This document shows, one piece after another, positions 1-9,327 of a DNA stretch of 51,814 nucleotides; within the stretch, counting starts at the first letter, position 1, and each line of letters starts with the position of its first letter. This stretch comes from Pseudomonadota bacterium. Lineage in GTDB: Bacteria > Myxococcota > Myxococcia > Myxococcales > Myxococcaceae. The notes below the pieces were generated by a model. It had not been told where the DNA came from and did no database searches. It worked only from the letters and a program-made list of their open reading frames with translations. The stretch is from assembly GCA_039800145.1 (NCBI GenBank), contig JBDLRJ010000089.1, forward strand, positions 1-51,814. Direction: 5' to 3'. A program made the translations under genes and the position numbers.

Positions 1-1102
1 CCCGGTTCGCCGCGAGGTCCTTCGCCACCGCCTTCGCGAACGCTCCGGCCGCACCCTCCAGCCTCGGCGCCTCGCCTCCCACCGGCACCTCCACCCCTGC
101 CGCCTTCAGCTCCGCTGCCACAGCCCGCGCCAGCACCGCCAGCTCCGACGGCCTCGCACGCAGCCGGTGGTCCGCCGCCATCCCCGTCACCGTCGGCATC
201 GGCTCGGCCACGTACACGCGGTTCATCTGCGCCGCGTCGCCCCGCCTGCCTCCCCACTCCCGCGCCAGCCTCAGCCCCTCTCCCACCGGCTCCAGCAGGT
301 CCGCGTCCAGCGACAGCACCACCTTCGCCCGCTCCAGCGACAGCCGCGTCTCCACCGCGCGTCCGAACGCCAGCACCGCACCCGCGTACACCTCGTCCCG
401 CGACAGCGGCTCGTGCGCGTACATCCGGGCTGCCGGCAGTGCCCGACGGAGCCGGGAGCGAAGCTCGAGCGCCTGGGGCGAGGCCGTGGGGTCGACGAGG
501 AAGCACAACCCCGCCCCTCCCTCCGCACGAAGCCCGGAAAGTTCCCGCTCGACGAAGGCGAGGGCGTCTTTCCACGTCCGCGACTGCCCGGCCTCCTTGA
601 ACACTTTTGCACGGTGGGGATCGTACAGGGACAGGATGGACGCCTGGTCCAGCGTGCCGGAGGCCCCGCGCGAGCTGGGATGGTCCGGGTTTCCCTCCAC
701 CTTCGTCGGCCTGCCGTCGAGGGACGTCACCACGAGCCCCACGCCGTATCCCCCCACCGACGAGACCGTGGCGTAGTGGCTGGGCGTCCCCGGCGCGAGC
801 GCCACGGGCGAGCCGCTGTACGGGAGGATGGGATCCCTCGGAGCGGCCCCCTTGCAGCCCGCCGCACCGGCGAGCGCCAGCCCCGCCCCCATCACTTGTA
901 GGAAATTGCGGCGAGACACCGCGTCCAGCTCGGAAGCACCGGGAGGGAACTCGGCTCCGTCGTCCCCGCCCACCTCCCCGAGCCGCGCTTGGAGGCTCCT
1001 CCAGTAGACGATGCCTCCCTCCTGCGTGCCGGGCTCGGCGAACGGGCTGTCCTGCACCACGGGAAGCGGGAACTGCACGCGCATCGGGCTCCGGGAACTC
1101 AT
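1..1102 (-). CDS. TAT-variant-translocated molybdopterin oxidoreductase, ActB-like large subunit (alternative-complex-III / PSR-type); N-terminal ~367 codons only, the 3' end runs off the left edge
   Basis: The reverse-strand frame is open from position 1 to an ATG at 1102 (alternative in-frame ATG at 1084). It is missing from the ORF track because there is no stop in the window. My translation is MSSRSPMRVQFPLPVV..IVYWRSLQARLGE..FPPGASELDAVSRRNFLQVMGAGLALAGAAGC..ILPYSGSP..LDGRPTKVEGNPDHPSSRGASGTLDQASILSLYDPHR. The YWRSL..SRRxFL leader and the GRPTK-EGNP / QASIL-LYDP blocks are the hallmark N-terminus of this family. Confidence 0.7.
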   Translation of the reverse strand, partial: MSSRSPMRVQFPLPVVQDSPFAEPGTQEGGIVYWRSLQARLGEVGGDDGAEFPPGASELDAVSRRNFLQVMGAGLALAGAAGCKGAAPRDPILPYSGSPVALAPGTPSHYATVSSVGGYGVGLVVTSLDGRPTKVEGNPDHPSSRGASGTLDQASILSLYDPHRAKVFKEAGQSRTWKDALAFVERELSGLRAEGGAGLCFLVDPTASPQALELRSRLRRALPAARMYAHEPLSRDEVYAGAVLAFGRAVETRLSLERAKVVLSLDADLLEPVGEGLRLAREWGGRRGDAAQMNRVYVAEPMPTVTGMAADHRLRARPSELAVLARAVAAELKAAGVEVPVGGEAPRLEGAAGAFAKAVAKDLAANR

Positions 1103-1256
1103 CGGTCGTGAACGGGGGTATCCGGCGTCAAAATCTGCGGCAAAAGCGGTCACGCGTCCACACCGTGACAGTCGGTCGCCCTCCGTCGCTCCTCCCGGAT
1201 TGCCGCGCGGGGACCGGCGCCCCACCCTCGGCACCGCTGCAGAGCAAGGAGAGGCC

Positions 1257-2423
1257 GTGCGCCCGGACGTCGCGCTGGTGACCGCGCTGTACCCGCCTTC
1301 CGTGGGGGGCATCCAGGCGCACGTGCGGCTGCTGGGCGAGTCGCTCGCGCGGGCCGGGGCGAACGTCGCCGTCGTCACGCGGGCGATGGCCGGGGCCGCG
1401 CCACGCTCGTGCGAGCCCCACCTGGAGATCCTCCGCGTGGGCCGCGCGGAGGGCAGCCCTGCCCTCCAGACCGCCGCCTTCGTGGCCGCGGCGGCAGGCG
1501 CACTCCGCAGGCTCCGCCCGCGCGTGGTGCACGCTCACCAACTGCTGTCTCCCGTCTCCGCGGCGCTCGCGGCCCGGCCCTTCCTCCGCGCCCCGCTGGT
1601 GGTGAACCCGCACGCCTGCGGTCCACTCGGAGACGTGGGCACGCTGCGCGCCCAGGGGCCGCTGGGCCGGGCCCGCCTTCGGGCCACCGTGGACAACGCC
1701 GAGGCCTTCGTCGCCATCAGCGGTCCCATCGAGCAGGAGCTGCGGGCAGCGGGCGCAGCGGCCACCCGCATCCACCGCCTCGTGAACGGCGTGGAACTGC
1801 ACCGCTTCCGTCCTCCGCGGGCGGGGGAACGTGCCGCGGCGCGCGCCGGGATGGGGCTCTCTCCCACGGCACCGCTCGTGGCGTACGTGGGCCGGCTCTC
1901 GCACGAGAAGGGCGTGGACGTGCTGCTCCACGCCTGGCCCCTGCTGCAGCGGCAGGCCCCGGGCGCCGAACTGCTGCTGGCAGGAGAGGGCCCTGCCCGC
2001 CCCGCGCTCGAGTCGCAGGTGCTCAAGCTCGGGCTCGGCCGCACGGTCCACCTGCTCGGCGCGGTGTCTGCCCCCGAGCAGGTGCTCTGCGCGGCGGACG
2101 CCGCCGTGCTGCCCTCGCGCACCGAGGGGCTCCCTGTCGCACTGCTCGAGGCCATGGCCTCGGGCCTCCCGGTGGTCGCCACCGCGGTCGGCGGTACGCC
2201 GGAAGTCCTGGACGCAGAGACGGGGCAGCTCGTCCTCCCGGACGATCCACCCGCGCTGGCCCGGGCACTCGCCCAGGCCCTGCATTCGCCCGAGGCCCAG
2301 TCCGCCGCGGGCCGCGCGCGCGCACGCATCGAGTCGCTGCACGGCGCCGCCGCCGTGGCTGCGCGCCACCTCGCGCTGTACGACGCCATGGGGAGGGACC
2401 ACGGATGGGAAACCAGCTGGTGA
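1257..2423 (+). CDS. GT4-family (GT-B fold) glycosyltransferase
   Basis: Same frame as track ORF 1011..2423. A GTG at 1257 is preceded by AGGAGAGG. The product reads VRPDVALVTALYPPSVGGIQAH.. and carries PSRTEGLPVALLEAMASGLPVVATAVGGTPEVL, the E-x7-E region typical of GT4. The ORF upstream of 1257 is Arg/Pro-rich junk. Confidence 0.85.
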   Translation: MRPDVALVTALYPPSVGGIQAHVRLLGESLARAGANVAVVTRAMAGAAPRSCEPHLEILRVGRAEGSPALQTAAFVAAAAGALRRLRPRVVHAHQLLSPVSAALAARPFLRAPLVVNPHACGPLGDVGTLRAQGPLGRARLRATVDNAEAFVAISGPIEQELRAAGAAATRIHRLVNGVELHRFRPPRAGERAAARAGMGLSPTAPLVAYVGRLSHEKGVDVLLHAWPLLQRQAPGAELLLAGEGPARPALESQVLKLGLGRTVHLLGAVSAPEQVLCAADAAVLPSRTEGLPVALLEAMASGLPVVATAVGGTPEVLDAETGQLVLPDDPPALARALAQALHSPEAQSAAGRARARIESLHGAAAVAARHLALYDAMGRDHGWETSW

Positions 2424-3760
2424 CGCGCCGCAGGAAGATTGCCTACCTCGTCTCGTGGTTCCCGGCGCGGACGGAGACCTTCATCCTGCGAGAGCTGCAG
2501 CAGGTAGAGCGGCTCGGGGGTGCACCCGTCGTCTATGCCCTCGTGGGCGCGCGCGAGGACGCGGTGCACCCGGGCGCAGGGCCCTTCATCGCCCGCGCGC
2601 GCTACTTCCGGCACGCCTCGCGCGAGGTGCTGTCCGCCAACCTCCACTGGCTCCGGCGCTCTCCGCGGCGGTACCTCGGGACCTGGGCGCGGGCCATCGC
2701 CGGGAACCTGCGCTCGCCGGGCTTCCTCGCGCGGGCGCTGTACACGCTGCCGAAGGCGGCGGCAGTGGCGCGCGAGGTGGAATCCACCGGCGTGGAGCAC
2801 GTCCACGCGCACTGGGCCACGCACCCGGCGCTCGCGGGCTGGGCCGTGCACCGCCTCACCGGCATCCCGTGGTCCTTCACCGGTCACGCGCACGATCTCT
2901 ACGTCGACCGCACCATGCTCCGGCAGAAGCTGCAGGGCGCGGCGTTCGCCGTCACCATCTCCGAGTTCAACCGGGAGCTCCTCCGCGCCTGGTACGGCCC
3001 CGAGCTCGCGCGCAAGGTGGCCGTGGTCCGGTGCGGCATCGACGGGGAACAGTTCCGCCCGCGCACCGGGGACCGCCCACGCACGGGCCCCTTCACGCTG
3101 CTCTGCGTGGCCTCCCTCCGCGACTACAAGGGCCACCCCTGGCTCATCCAGGCCATGTCCCTGCTCAAGCGCCGCGGCCACCCCGTGCGGCTGCTGCTCG
3201 TGGGAGACGGCGAGGACCGCCTGGCCCTGTGCGAGCAGGTGGCGAAGGCCGGCCTGGCCTCCGAGGTGTCGTTCCTCGGCCACCAGCCGAGCGACCGCGT
3301 GGCCGAGCTCATGCGCGAGGCGGACGCGGTGGTGCTGCCCTCCGTGGTCACCTCCGCGGGGAAGATGGAGGGCATCCCCGTGTGCCTGATGGAGGCGCTC
3401 GCGTGCGAGCTGCCCGTCGTGGCCACGCGGCTGAGCGGGACACCGGAGCTCGTGAAGGACGGCGAGACGGGGCTGCTCGTCCCACCCGCGGACGCCGGTG
3501 CGCTCGCCTCCGCCATCGAGCGGCTCATCCGGGATCCCGCGCTGCGGACGCGGCTCGGACGCGCGGGCCGGCAGCACGTGCTCGCGGAGTTCGAGCTGCG
3601 CGCCAACGCGGAGAAGCTCTACGAGATGTTCATGGACGGCAGCGCCGCGCCGCTACGGCGCAAACGCAGCCCGGACGTCCGGGTGGGCAGCGAGCGCGTC
3701 CAGCGCCCGCCCGAGCAGCGTGATGCCCGGCTCGGTGCGGTGCCAGGTGGAGGCCCCTGA
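2405..3760 (+). CDS. GT4-family glycosyltransferase (second copy, 19-nt overlap with the upstream GT4 gene)
   Basis: An ATG at 2405 lies in the frame of track ORF 1409..3760 (MGNQLVTRRRKIAYLVSWFPARTETFILRE..). It contains LPSVVTSAGKMEGIPVCLMEALACELPVVATRLSGTPELVKDGETGLLV. The first 332 codons of the track ORF are Arg/Gly/Pro junk. The last ~35 codons overlap the convergent UDG gene, so the true stop is as given but the tail may be non-conserved. Confidence 0.85.
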   Translation: MGNQLVTRRRKIAYLVSWFPARTETFILRELQQVERLGGAPVVYALVGAREDAVHPGAGPFIARARYFRHASREVLSANLHWLRRSPRRYLGTWARAIAGNLRSPGFLARALYTLPKAAAVAREVESTGVEHVHAHWATHPALAGWAVHRLTGIPWSFTGHAHDLYVDRTMLRQKLQGAAFAVTISEFNRELLRAWYGPELARKVAVVRCGIDGEQFRPRTGDRPRTGPFTLLCVASLRDYKGHPWLIQAMSLLKRRGHPVRLLLVGDGEDRLALCEQVAKAGLASEVSFLGHQPSDRVAELMREADAVVLPSVVTSAGKMEGIPVCLMEALACELPVVATRLSGTPELVKDGETGLLVPPADAGALASAIERLIRDPALRTRLGRAGRQHVLAEFELRANAEKLYEMFMDGSAAPLRRKRSPDVRVGSERVQRPPEQRDARLGAVPGGGP

Positions 3761-4252
3761 CGGGTGCGGGAGGCACAGGCAGTCCATCTCCACCCCGTGG
3801 TAGCGGACGCGCTGCACCGTCCCCACCACCTCGGCGAGCGGCGCCTTCCGCCCCAGCACCTGCTCGATGGCGAGCGTCCCCACCGGGAGCACCAGCCTCG
3901 GGCGGAGCAGCGCCACCTCCCGCTCGAGGAACCCGCGGCAGCACGCAATTTCGTTCAAATCCGGCTTCCGGTCCCCGCCGCCCTTCGCCTTGCCGGGGAA
4001 GCAGCGGGCGACGGCGGCGAAGTAAACGCGCGCCCGCACCGTCTCCTCGTCCGCGCCCAGCGCCCGCTCGAACCAGCGGAAGAGCGTCTTCCCGGCCGTC
4101 CACGCGAAGGGCTTGCCGAACTGCCCCTCGCGCGGCCCCGGCGCCTGGCCCACGAGCAGCACGCGGCTCCTCACCGGGGGACCATGCACCACGGGCCCCA
4201 CCATGTTCGGGCACGCCCGGCAGGCGCGGAGTTCCTCGTGGAGGGCGAGCAT
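3653..4252 (-). CDS. Uracil-DNA glycosylase superfamily protein (family 4/5-like, Fe-S type)
   Basis: This is the C-terminal 199 codons of track ORF 3653..6874 (-), starting at the ATG at 4252: MLALHEELRACRACPNMVGPVVHG..VLLVGQAPGPREGQFGKPFAWTAGKTLFRWF..CLPHPSGASTWH. The G-x-APG motif A, the HPS motif B and the N-terminal CxxC are UDG-fold signatures. The rest of the 1073-aa track ORF is antisense junk. Confidence 0.8.
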   Translation of the reverse strand: MLALHEELRACRACPNMVGPVVHGPPVRSRVLLVGQAPGPREGQFGKPFAWTAGKTLFRWFERALGADEETVRARVYFAAVARCFPGKAKGGGDRKPDLNEIACCRGFLEREVALLRPRLVLPVGTLAIEQVLGRKAPLAEVVGTVQRVRYHGVEMDCLCLPHPSGASTWHRTEPGITLLGRALDALAAHPDVRAAFAP

Positions 4253-4348
4253 CGATGCGAGCGGAGCGGGCACGTTGCCCTTCTCCCTATCGCCCCACGC
4301 GCGCCCTTTCCAGCGCCGCGGAAGGGCGCTTATGTCCCGCGCGTCCGC

Positions 4349-7300
4349 ATGCGTCCCCACTCCCTCGTCCTCCCCGCAGCCCTGCTGTCCCTCCTCGCCG
4401 CCTGTCCGCGGCGCGTGGCCCCCGCGGCGGACGCGCTCGCCGAGAGCACCGTGCGGGCGCCGGCAGCCGATGCGCCCGGCCGCACCCTGGCCCTCGCCGG
4501 ACTGCGCGCCTGGTGGGTGGACGGCGACGCGGCACGTGCCACGGCGCTGTCGGCCCAGGCCCTCGAGCGGGCGCCGGGAGAGCCCTGGGCCCATTACCTG
4601 GAGCTCCAGCTCCAGCGGCGGGCAGGCCAGCCGGCCCGGATGGTGGAGGCAGCCCTCCGGCTGCTCGAGCGCTCCCCTGCCCACCCCCTCGCCGCCGTGG
4701 CCGCGCGCACGCTGTCGGAGGCCGCCGGCAGCTCCGCGGCGCTGGACGCCTCGTGGCTCCCGCGCGCGGAGGCGCTGCTGTCGGGCGGAGCGCTGCACGG
4801 CGACGCGGCGGGGCTGCTCCGGTCCGCCGTGGCCACCGCCGCCGCGGCCCGCGGTGACACCGCGCGGAAGGATGCTGCGCTCGCCGCGCTCGGTGCTCCC
4901 GCGGAAGGGACGCTGCTCGGCCCCCTCGCGGCGTGGAGCCTCCTGGACGTGGACGGCCCCACGCAACCCGAGCGGGATGGCGCCCTCCCGGAGTCCCTCG
5001 CAGCGCCTGCAGGCACCGTGGTGCCCCGCGTGCTGCCGCTCTCGCTGGGGCGCCTGTCGCTCCAGCCCGAGCCGGCGCGCGGAGACGTCTACCTTCTCGC
5101 GTTCGACGTGGAGGTGAAGGAGGCGGGCACGTTCGTGCTGCGCACCCACTCCGCCTCCGCGCTGTGGGCGTGGCTGGACGGCACGCCGCTGCTCGCGCGC
5201 CGCACCTTCGAGCGCGTGCTTCCGCTCACCGACGCCGCGGCGGTGCAGCTGGAGGCGGGGACACACCGGCTGCTGCTCAAGTGGACGAAGGACGGCCGCG
5301 CGGGAGAGGTGGGGCTGTCGTTCAGCCGCGAGGGCGCAGGTCAGGCGCCCACCTTCCGTCCCGCGCGCGGTCCTGCCCCGCGCTGGGCCGGCGGCCTCGT
5401 CACCGTGGAATCGCCCTCGCTGTTTCCGTCGGCCGCGGCGCTGGACGAGGTCCTCTCGGCGGAAGTGGGGCCGAGGCTCTCCGCGCTCGTGGCGGCGCGG
5501 GACGCGCTCCGGCGGGACGCGGACGGGCTGAAGCCGCTGCTGCTGCGGCTGGGAGAGGGCGAACCCTCCCCTGCGCTCCTCGCGCTGCGCGCCGAGGCGC
5601 AGCTGCAGGACCGCTCCCTGCCGACGCGGGTGGCCCACGGGCGCGCGGCGCGCGACCTGGACGCGGCGCTCTCGAGGGACGGCGGGGACGTGGCAGCCCT
5701 GCTGCTCCGCGCGCAGCTGGCGCTGGACGACGGGCGGTTGCCCGAGGCCGCGTCGCTCGTCTCCCGCGCACGCACGGCCGCCCCTGCCCCCTCGCCCGCG
5801 GTGGCACTCTTCGACGCGCGCGTGAACGCCGCGCTGGGGTTGGACGGTCTTGCAGACGAGCGCGCCGCGGAAGCGGCCGGGCTGCCGGGTGCCCCGTGCG
5901 ACGCGCTCGCCCTCCGGCTGGACCTCGCCCAGCGGCGCGGGGCAGCGGCGGTGCAGGAGACGCTCCTCCGGCAACTCTCCGGGTGCGCGGCGGAGCCCGG
6001 CCGGCGCGTCGAGTGGCTCCGGGCGCGCGGGGACCTCGCGGGCGCGGTGGCGCTCCAGGAGACCGTGGTGGCCGCGGCCGGTGCGGACCCTGCCCCCTCG
6101 CTGCAGCTCGCCTCGCTCCACGTGGCAGCGCGGGACTGGGACCGCGCCGAGGCGGTGCTGAAGGGCGTCACGGCGCGCTGGCCGCGCTCCGCCCCCGCCT
6201 TCAAGAAGCTGGGGGACGTGTACGAGCTCGCCGGCAGGCAGGACGCGGCGCTCGCGGCGCGCGACGAGGCGCTGCTCCGGGACGGGGCGGACCTGTCGCT
6301 CCGGCGGATGGTCCACCGGCAGAGGACCGGCAAGGAGCTCTTGGACGACCTCGCGGTAGGCACCGAGGAGGCGCTCGCGCGCTACGAGATGCGTCCCACG
6401 GACGAGGACTCCGCGAGCGTGCTGGTGCTGGACGCGGCCGCGGTGCGCGTCTACCCGGACGGCTCCCAGGTGGACCGCATCCACATCGTGAACAAGGCGC
6501 TCGACAGCGCCGGCGTGGCCCAGGTGGCGGAGGTGACCCTGCCGCCCGGCGCCCAGGTGCTCTCGCTCCACACGCTGAAGGCGGACGGGACGAAGCTCGA
6601 GCCCGAGCACTTCGAGCAGAAGGAGAGCATCAGCCTCCCCGGCGTCTCCGCGGGGGACATGGTGGAGTACGAGTACCTGCTCGCCCACCCCGCACGCGGC
6701 CCCGGCATGCCGGGCTTCACTGCGCCCAGTTTCTACTTCCAGCTCGTGGGGGAGCCGAACGCCTGGTCCACCTACACGGTGGCTGCACCGAGGGGGACCG
6801 GGATGCGCGTGGACGCGCGCCAGGTGACGGTGGAGCCGCCGTTCGTGCGAGGCGAGGAGGAGCTCTTCCACCACGAGGCGGAGCGCGTGGAGCCCTGGCG
6901 GGCAGAGCCGGACGGACCGTCGTCGCCCAACGAGTTCCTCCCCGTGGTGACGCTCGGCGCGGGGGCCGAGGGGCAGTCGTCACTGGCGGCCTCCTTCGCG
7001 GACGCGACGCTGGACCGGGCCCAGCGCACCTTCGAGGTGGAGGCCTTTGCGCGCGCGGCAGCGGCCGGCAAGACCGGGGACGCCGCGGTGCGCGCGGTGT
7101 ACGCGGCGGTGATGGAGAGGATTGCCGGGCGGGACGCAGGCCTCGGTCAGACCGCCGCGGCCACGCTCGCCGAGGGGCGCGGGAGCCGGACGCTGCTCTT
7201 GAAGGCGGCGCTCACCGCGCTCGGCATGGACGCGCGCGTGGTGGCGGTGCGGACCTCGGGCGTGGACGCCGGGCCGGTCCGCTTCCCCAGCGAGGCGCTC

Positions 7301-8116
7301 ATGCCCTACGCCTGCGTGCGCGTGACGCTGCCGGATGGCAGCTTCCGCTGGCTGGACGGGATGGTGCGCTTCGCCCCCTACGGCGAGTTGCCGGAGCAGG
7401 CCACCTCGCGGGAGGCCTGGGTGCTGCCCGAGCCGGGGAAGGCCGTGGAGGCCACGCGCACGCCTGCGCCCTCGCCGCTGGTCCCCAAGCAGGTGCGGCT
7501 GACGCTGGAGCTGTCCCCGGAGGGCACGCTGCGCGGCGAAGGCGCCGAGACGCTCGCCGGGTTCGAGGCGGCGCAGTTCTCCGAGCAGCTCGAGGCCATC
7601 CCCCCGGACCAGCGCAAGCAGGCGCTGGAGCAGGCCTTGTCGCGCTACTTCGGCGGGGCGGAGCTCTCCGAGGTCATCCTGGATGCACCGCGCGCGGTGG
7701 GCGCCACGCTGGTGCTGAAGTACCGGTTCCAGGCGCCGGGCTTCGCGCGCCGCGAGGGCAACGCGCTGGTGCTCGGTCCGCTCACGTTCCCCACGCAGCT
7801 CAGCCGGCGGTACGTGCAGGTGCGGACGCGCAAGACGCCGCTCGTGCTGGACAGCAGCGAGGGCGTGGCGCTGGAGGCCACGCTGCAGCTGCCCGAGGGG
7901 GCGACGCTGTCGGATCCGCTCGCGGGACTGAAGGTGGACGGGCCGCTCGGGACGTTCGAGCACGGCGAGCGCCAGCAGGGACGCACCGTCACCGTGCGGG
8001 AGTCGCTCCAGCTGCGGCTCGGGCGCGTGCCGCCGGGGGCCTACGAGGACTTCGCGCGCTTCGCGGGCCAGGTGGACCTGGTGCAGGCGAGGGATCTCGT
8101 CGTCCGCCTGCCGTAG
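4349..8116 (+). CDS. Large lipoprotein: Ala-rich TPR-like N-terminal half plus a DUF3857 / transglutaminase-like (DUF3858-type) C-terminal half
   Basis: An ATG at 4349 lies in the frame of track ORF 3764..8116 (MRPHSLVLPAALLSLLAAC, a lipobox). The C-terminal half contains SVLVLDAAAVRVYPDGSQVDRIHIVNKALDSAGVAQVAEVTLPPGAQVLSLHTLKADGTKLEPEH, which matches the DUF3857 pattern. It also contains a TGase-core-like LAEGRGSRTLLLKAALTALGMDARVV. Confidence 0.7.
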   Translation: MRPHSLVLPAALLSLLAACPRRVAPAADALAESTVRAPAADAPGRTLALAGLRAWWVDGDAARATALSAQALERAPGEPWAHYLELQLQRRAGQPARMVEAALRLLERSPAHPLAAVAARTLSEAAGSSAALDASWLPRAEALLSGGALHGDAAGLLRSAVATAAAARGDTARKDAALAALGAPAEGTLLGPLAAWSLLDVDGPTQPERDGALPESLAAPAGTVVPRVLPLSLGRLSLQPEPARGDVYLLAFDVEVKEAGTFVLRTHSASALWAWLDGTPLLARRTFERVLPLTDAAAVQLEAGTHRLLLKWTKDGRAGEVGLSFSREGAGQAPTFRPARGPAPRWAGGLVTVESPSLFPSAAALDEVLSAEVGPRLSALVAARDALRRDADGLKPLLLRLGEGEPSPALLALRAEAQLQDRSLPTRVAHGRAARDLDAALSRDGGDVAALLLRAQLALDDGRLPEAASLVSRARTAAPAPSPAVALFDARVNAALGLDGLADERAAEAAGLPGAPCDALALRLDLAQRRGAAAVQETLLRQLSGCAAEPGRRVEWLRARGDLAGAVALQETVVAAAGADPAPSLQLASLHVAARDWDRAEAVLKGVTARWPRSAPAFKKLGDVYELAGRQDAALAARDEALLRDGADLSLRRMVHRQRTGKELLDDLAVGTEEALARYEMRPTDEDSASVLVLDAAAVRVYPDGSQVDRIHIVNKALDSAGVAQVAEVTLPPGAQVLSLHTLKADGTKLEPEHFEQKESISLPGVSAGDMVEYEYLLAHPARGPGMPGFTAPSFYFQLVGEPNAWSTYTVAAPRGTGMRVDARQVTVEPPFVRGEEELFHHEAERVEPWRAEPDGPSSPNEFLPVVTLGAGAEGQSSLAASFADATLDRAQRTFEVEAFARAAAAGKTGDAAVRAVYAAVMERIAGRDAGLGQTAAATLAEGRGSRTLLLKAALTALGMDARVVAVRTSGVDAGPVRFPSEALMPYACVRVTLPDGSFRWLDGMVRFAPYGELPEQATSREAWVLPEPGKAVEATRTPAPSPLVPKQVRLTLELSPEGTLRGEGAETLAGFEAAQFSEQLEAIPPDQRKQALEQALSRYFGGAELSEVILDAPRAVGATLVLKYRFQAPGFARREGNALVLGPLTFPTQLSRRYVQVRTRKTPLVLDSSEGVALEATLQLPEGATLSDPLAGLKVDGPLGTFEHGERQQGRTVTVRESLQLRLGRVPPGAYEDFARFAGQVDLVQARDLVVRLP

Positions 8117-8136
8117 CGCGGCGAGGCTTCCACGGC

Positions 8137-9327
8137 TCACATCAGCTTCGCGACCACCTCGCCGTGCAGCTCGAGCCCGCGCGGGGTGAGGCGCAGCCGC
8201 TCGTCCTCCCACGCGGCGAATCCCCCCGAGACCAACCGCTCGGCCTCTGCGAGCCGCGGCGCCGCCTCCATCCCGTGGGCCTCGCACGCCGCGCGCAGCC
8301 GGATGCCGGTGCGCAGCCGGAGCCCCATGGCGAGCCGCTCGTGGAAGGCCTCCTCGTCCGAGAGCGCCTCCGTGCTCGCCTCGGGCAGCTCGCCGCGCGC
8401 CACGCGCTGGAGGTACCGCTCGGAGTTGCGCTCGTTCTCGTAGCGCCTGCGGCCGATGAGCCCCGTCGCCCCGACGCCGGCCGCGAGGTATTCCCCGCCC
8501 GTCCAGTACAGCGCGTTGTGGCGCGAGTGGCGGCCGGGCCGCGCGAAGTTGGACACCTCGTAGCGCTGGAGCCCCGCGCCCTCGAGCTCCTCTGCCAGTG
8601 CGCGCGCCATCTCGACCGACAGCGCATCCTCCGCGGACTGGAGTACCCCGCGCGCCTGCCGCTTGCTGAAGGGCGTGTCCGCTGCGAGCACCTCGCGCTC
8701 CACCGTCAGCGCGTACGCCGACACGTGCTCCACGCCGAGCCCAACCGCCCGCCGCGCGTCCTCGCGCACCTCCTCCACCGTCTGTCCCGGCGCACCGTAG
8801 ATGAGGTCCACGGAGACGGTCGCCGCCCCGGCTGCCCGCGCCGCTCGGACCGCCGTCTCCGCCTGCTCGGGCGTGTGGCCGCGTCCCAGCGTGCGCAGCA
8901 CGTGCGCCTGGAAGGACTGCACGCCGAGCGAGAGGCGGTTGATGCCTGCGTCCACGTAGCCCTTGAAGCGGCCGGCGTCCGCCACCTCGGGGTTGGCCTC
9001 GAGCGACACCTCCGCCCACGGCACGATGCCCTGGAGCTCACGCACGTGGCCGAGCACGCGCGCCACGTCCTCGGGGGCCCAGAGGGACGGGGTCCCCCCG
9101 CCGATGAAGACGCTCTCGAGCGGCCGCCCCGCGAGCGACGGCGCCTGGCCGAGCCGCAGCGAGAGCTCCGCGCACACCGCGTCGGCGTAGGCGCGGCCCG
9201 GCACCTCGCGGCGGATGGCCACGGCGAAGTCGCAGTACGGGCAACGCGCGAGGCAATACGGGAAGTGCACGTAGAGCCCCAGCCGCGCAGCGGCCAGGCC
9301 CGTCAGTGCATCAGCGGTGACGTCCAC
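8137..9327 (-). CDS. hemW: Radical SAM heme chaperone HemW (HemN-like, oxygen-independent coproporphyrinogen oxidase family)
   Basis: Track ORF of 396 aa. It has the CxxxCxxC radical-SAM motif (YCLARCPYCDF), GGGTPS, ANPE and INRLSLGVQSF blocks, and the full HemN-family length. Confidence 0.9.
   Translation of the reverse strand: MDVTADALTGLAAARLGLYVHFPYCLARCPYCDFAVAIRREVPGRAYADAVCAELSLRLGQAPSLAGRPLESVFIGGGTPSLWAPEDVARVLGHVRELQGIVPWAEVSLEANPEVADAGRFKGYVDAGINRLSLGVQSFQAHVLRTLGRGHTPEQAETAVRAARAAGAATVSVDLIYGAPGQTVEEVREDARRAVGLGVEHVSAYALTVEREVLAADTPFSKRQARGVLQSAEDALSVEMARALAEELEGAGLQRYEVSNFARPGRHSRHNALYWTGGEYLAAGVGATGLIGRRRYENERNSERYLQRVARGELPEASTEALSDEEAFHERLAMGLRLRTGIRLRAACEAHGMEAAPRLAEAERLVSGGFAAWEDERLRLTPRGLELHGEVVAKLM

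Noticed and set aside
1409-2404. The N-terminal 332 codons of the 783-aa track ORF 1409..3760 (+).
   Set aside because: The composition is Arg/Gly/Pro/Ala-only (MRAPPGDPPRGPRGGQP..), typical of out-of-frame reading of GC-rich coding DNA. The region is already explained by the GT4 gene in another frame. The real gene starts at ATG 2405.
3940-3965. A tRNA T-loop-like string, GTTCAAATCC.
   Set aside because: The flanking bases cannot form a T-stem (ATTTCG versus CCGGCT). No acceptor or anticodon arms are evident. The string lies inside the well-supported UDG coding frame (..LNEIACC..).
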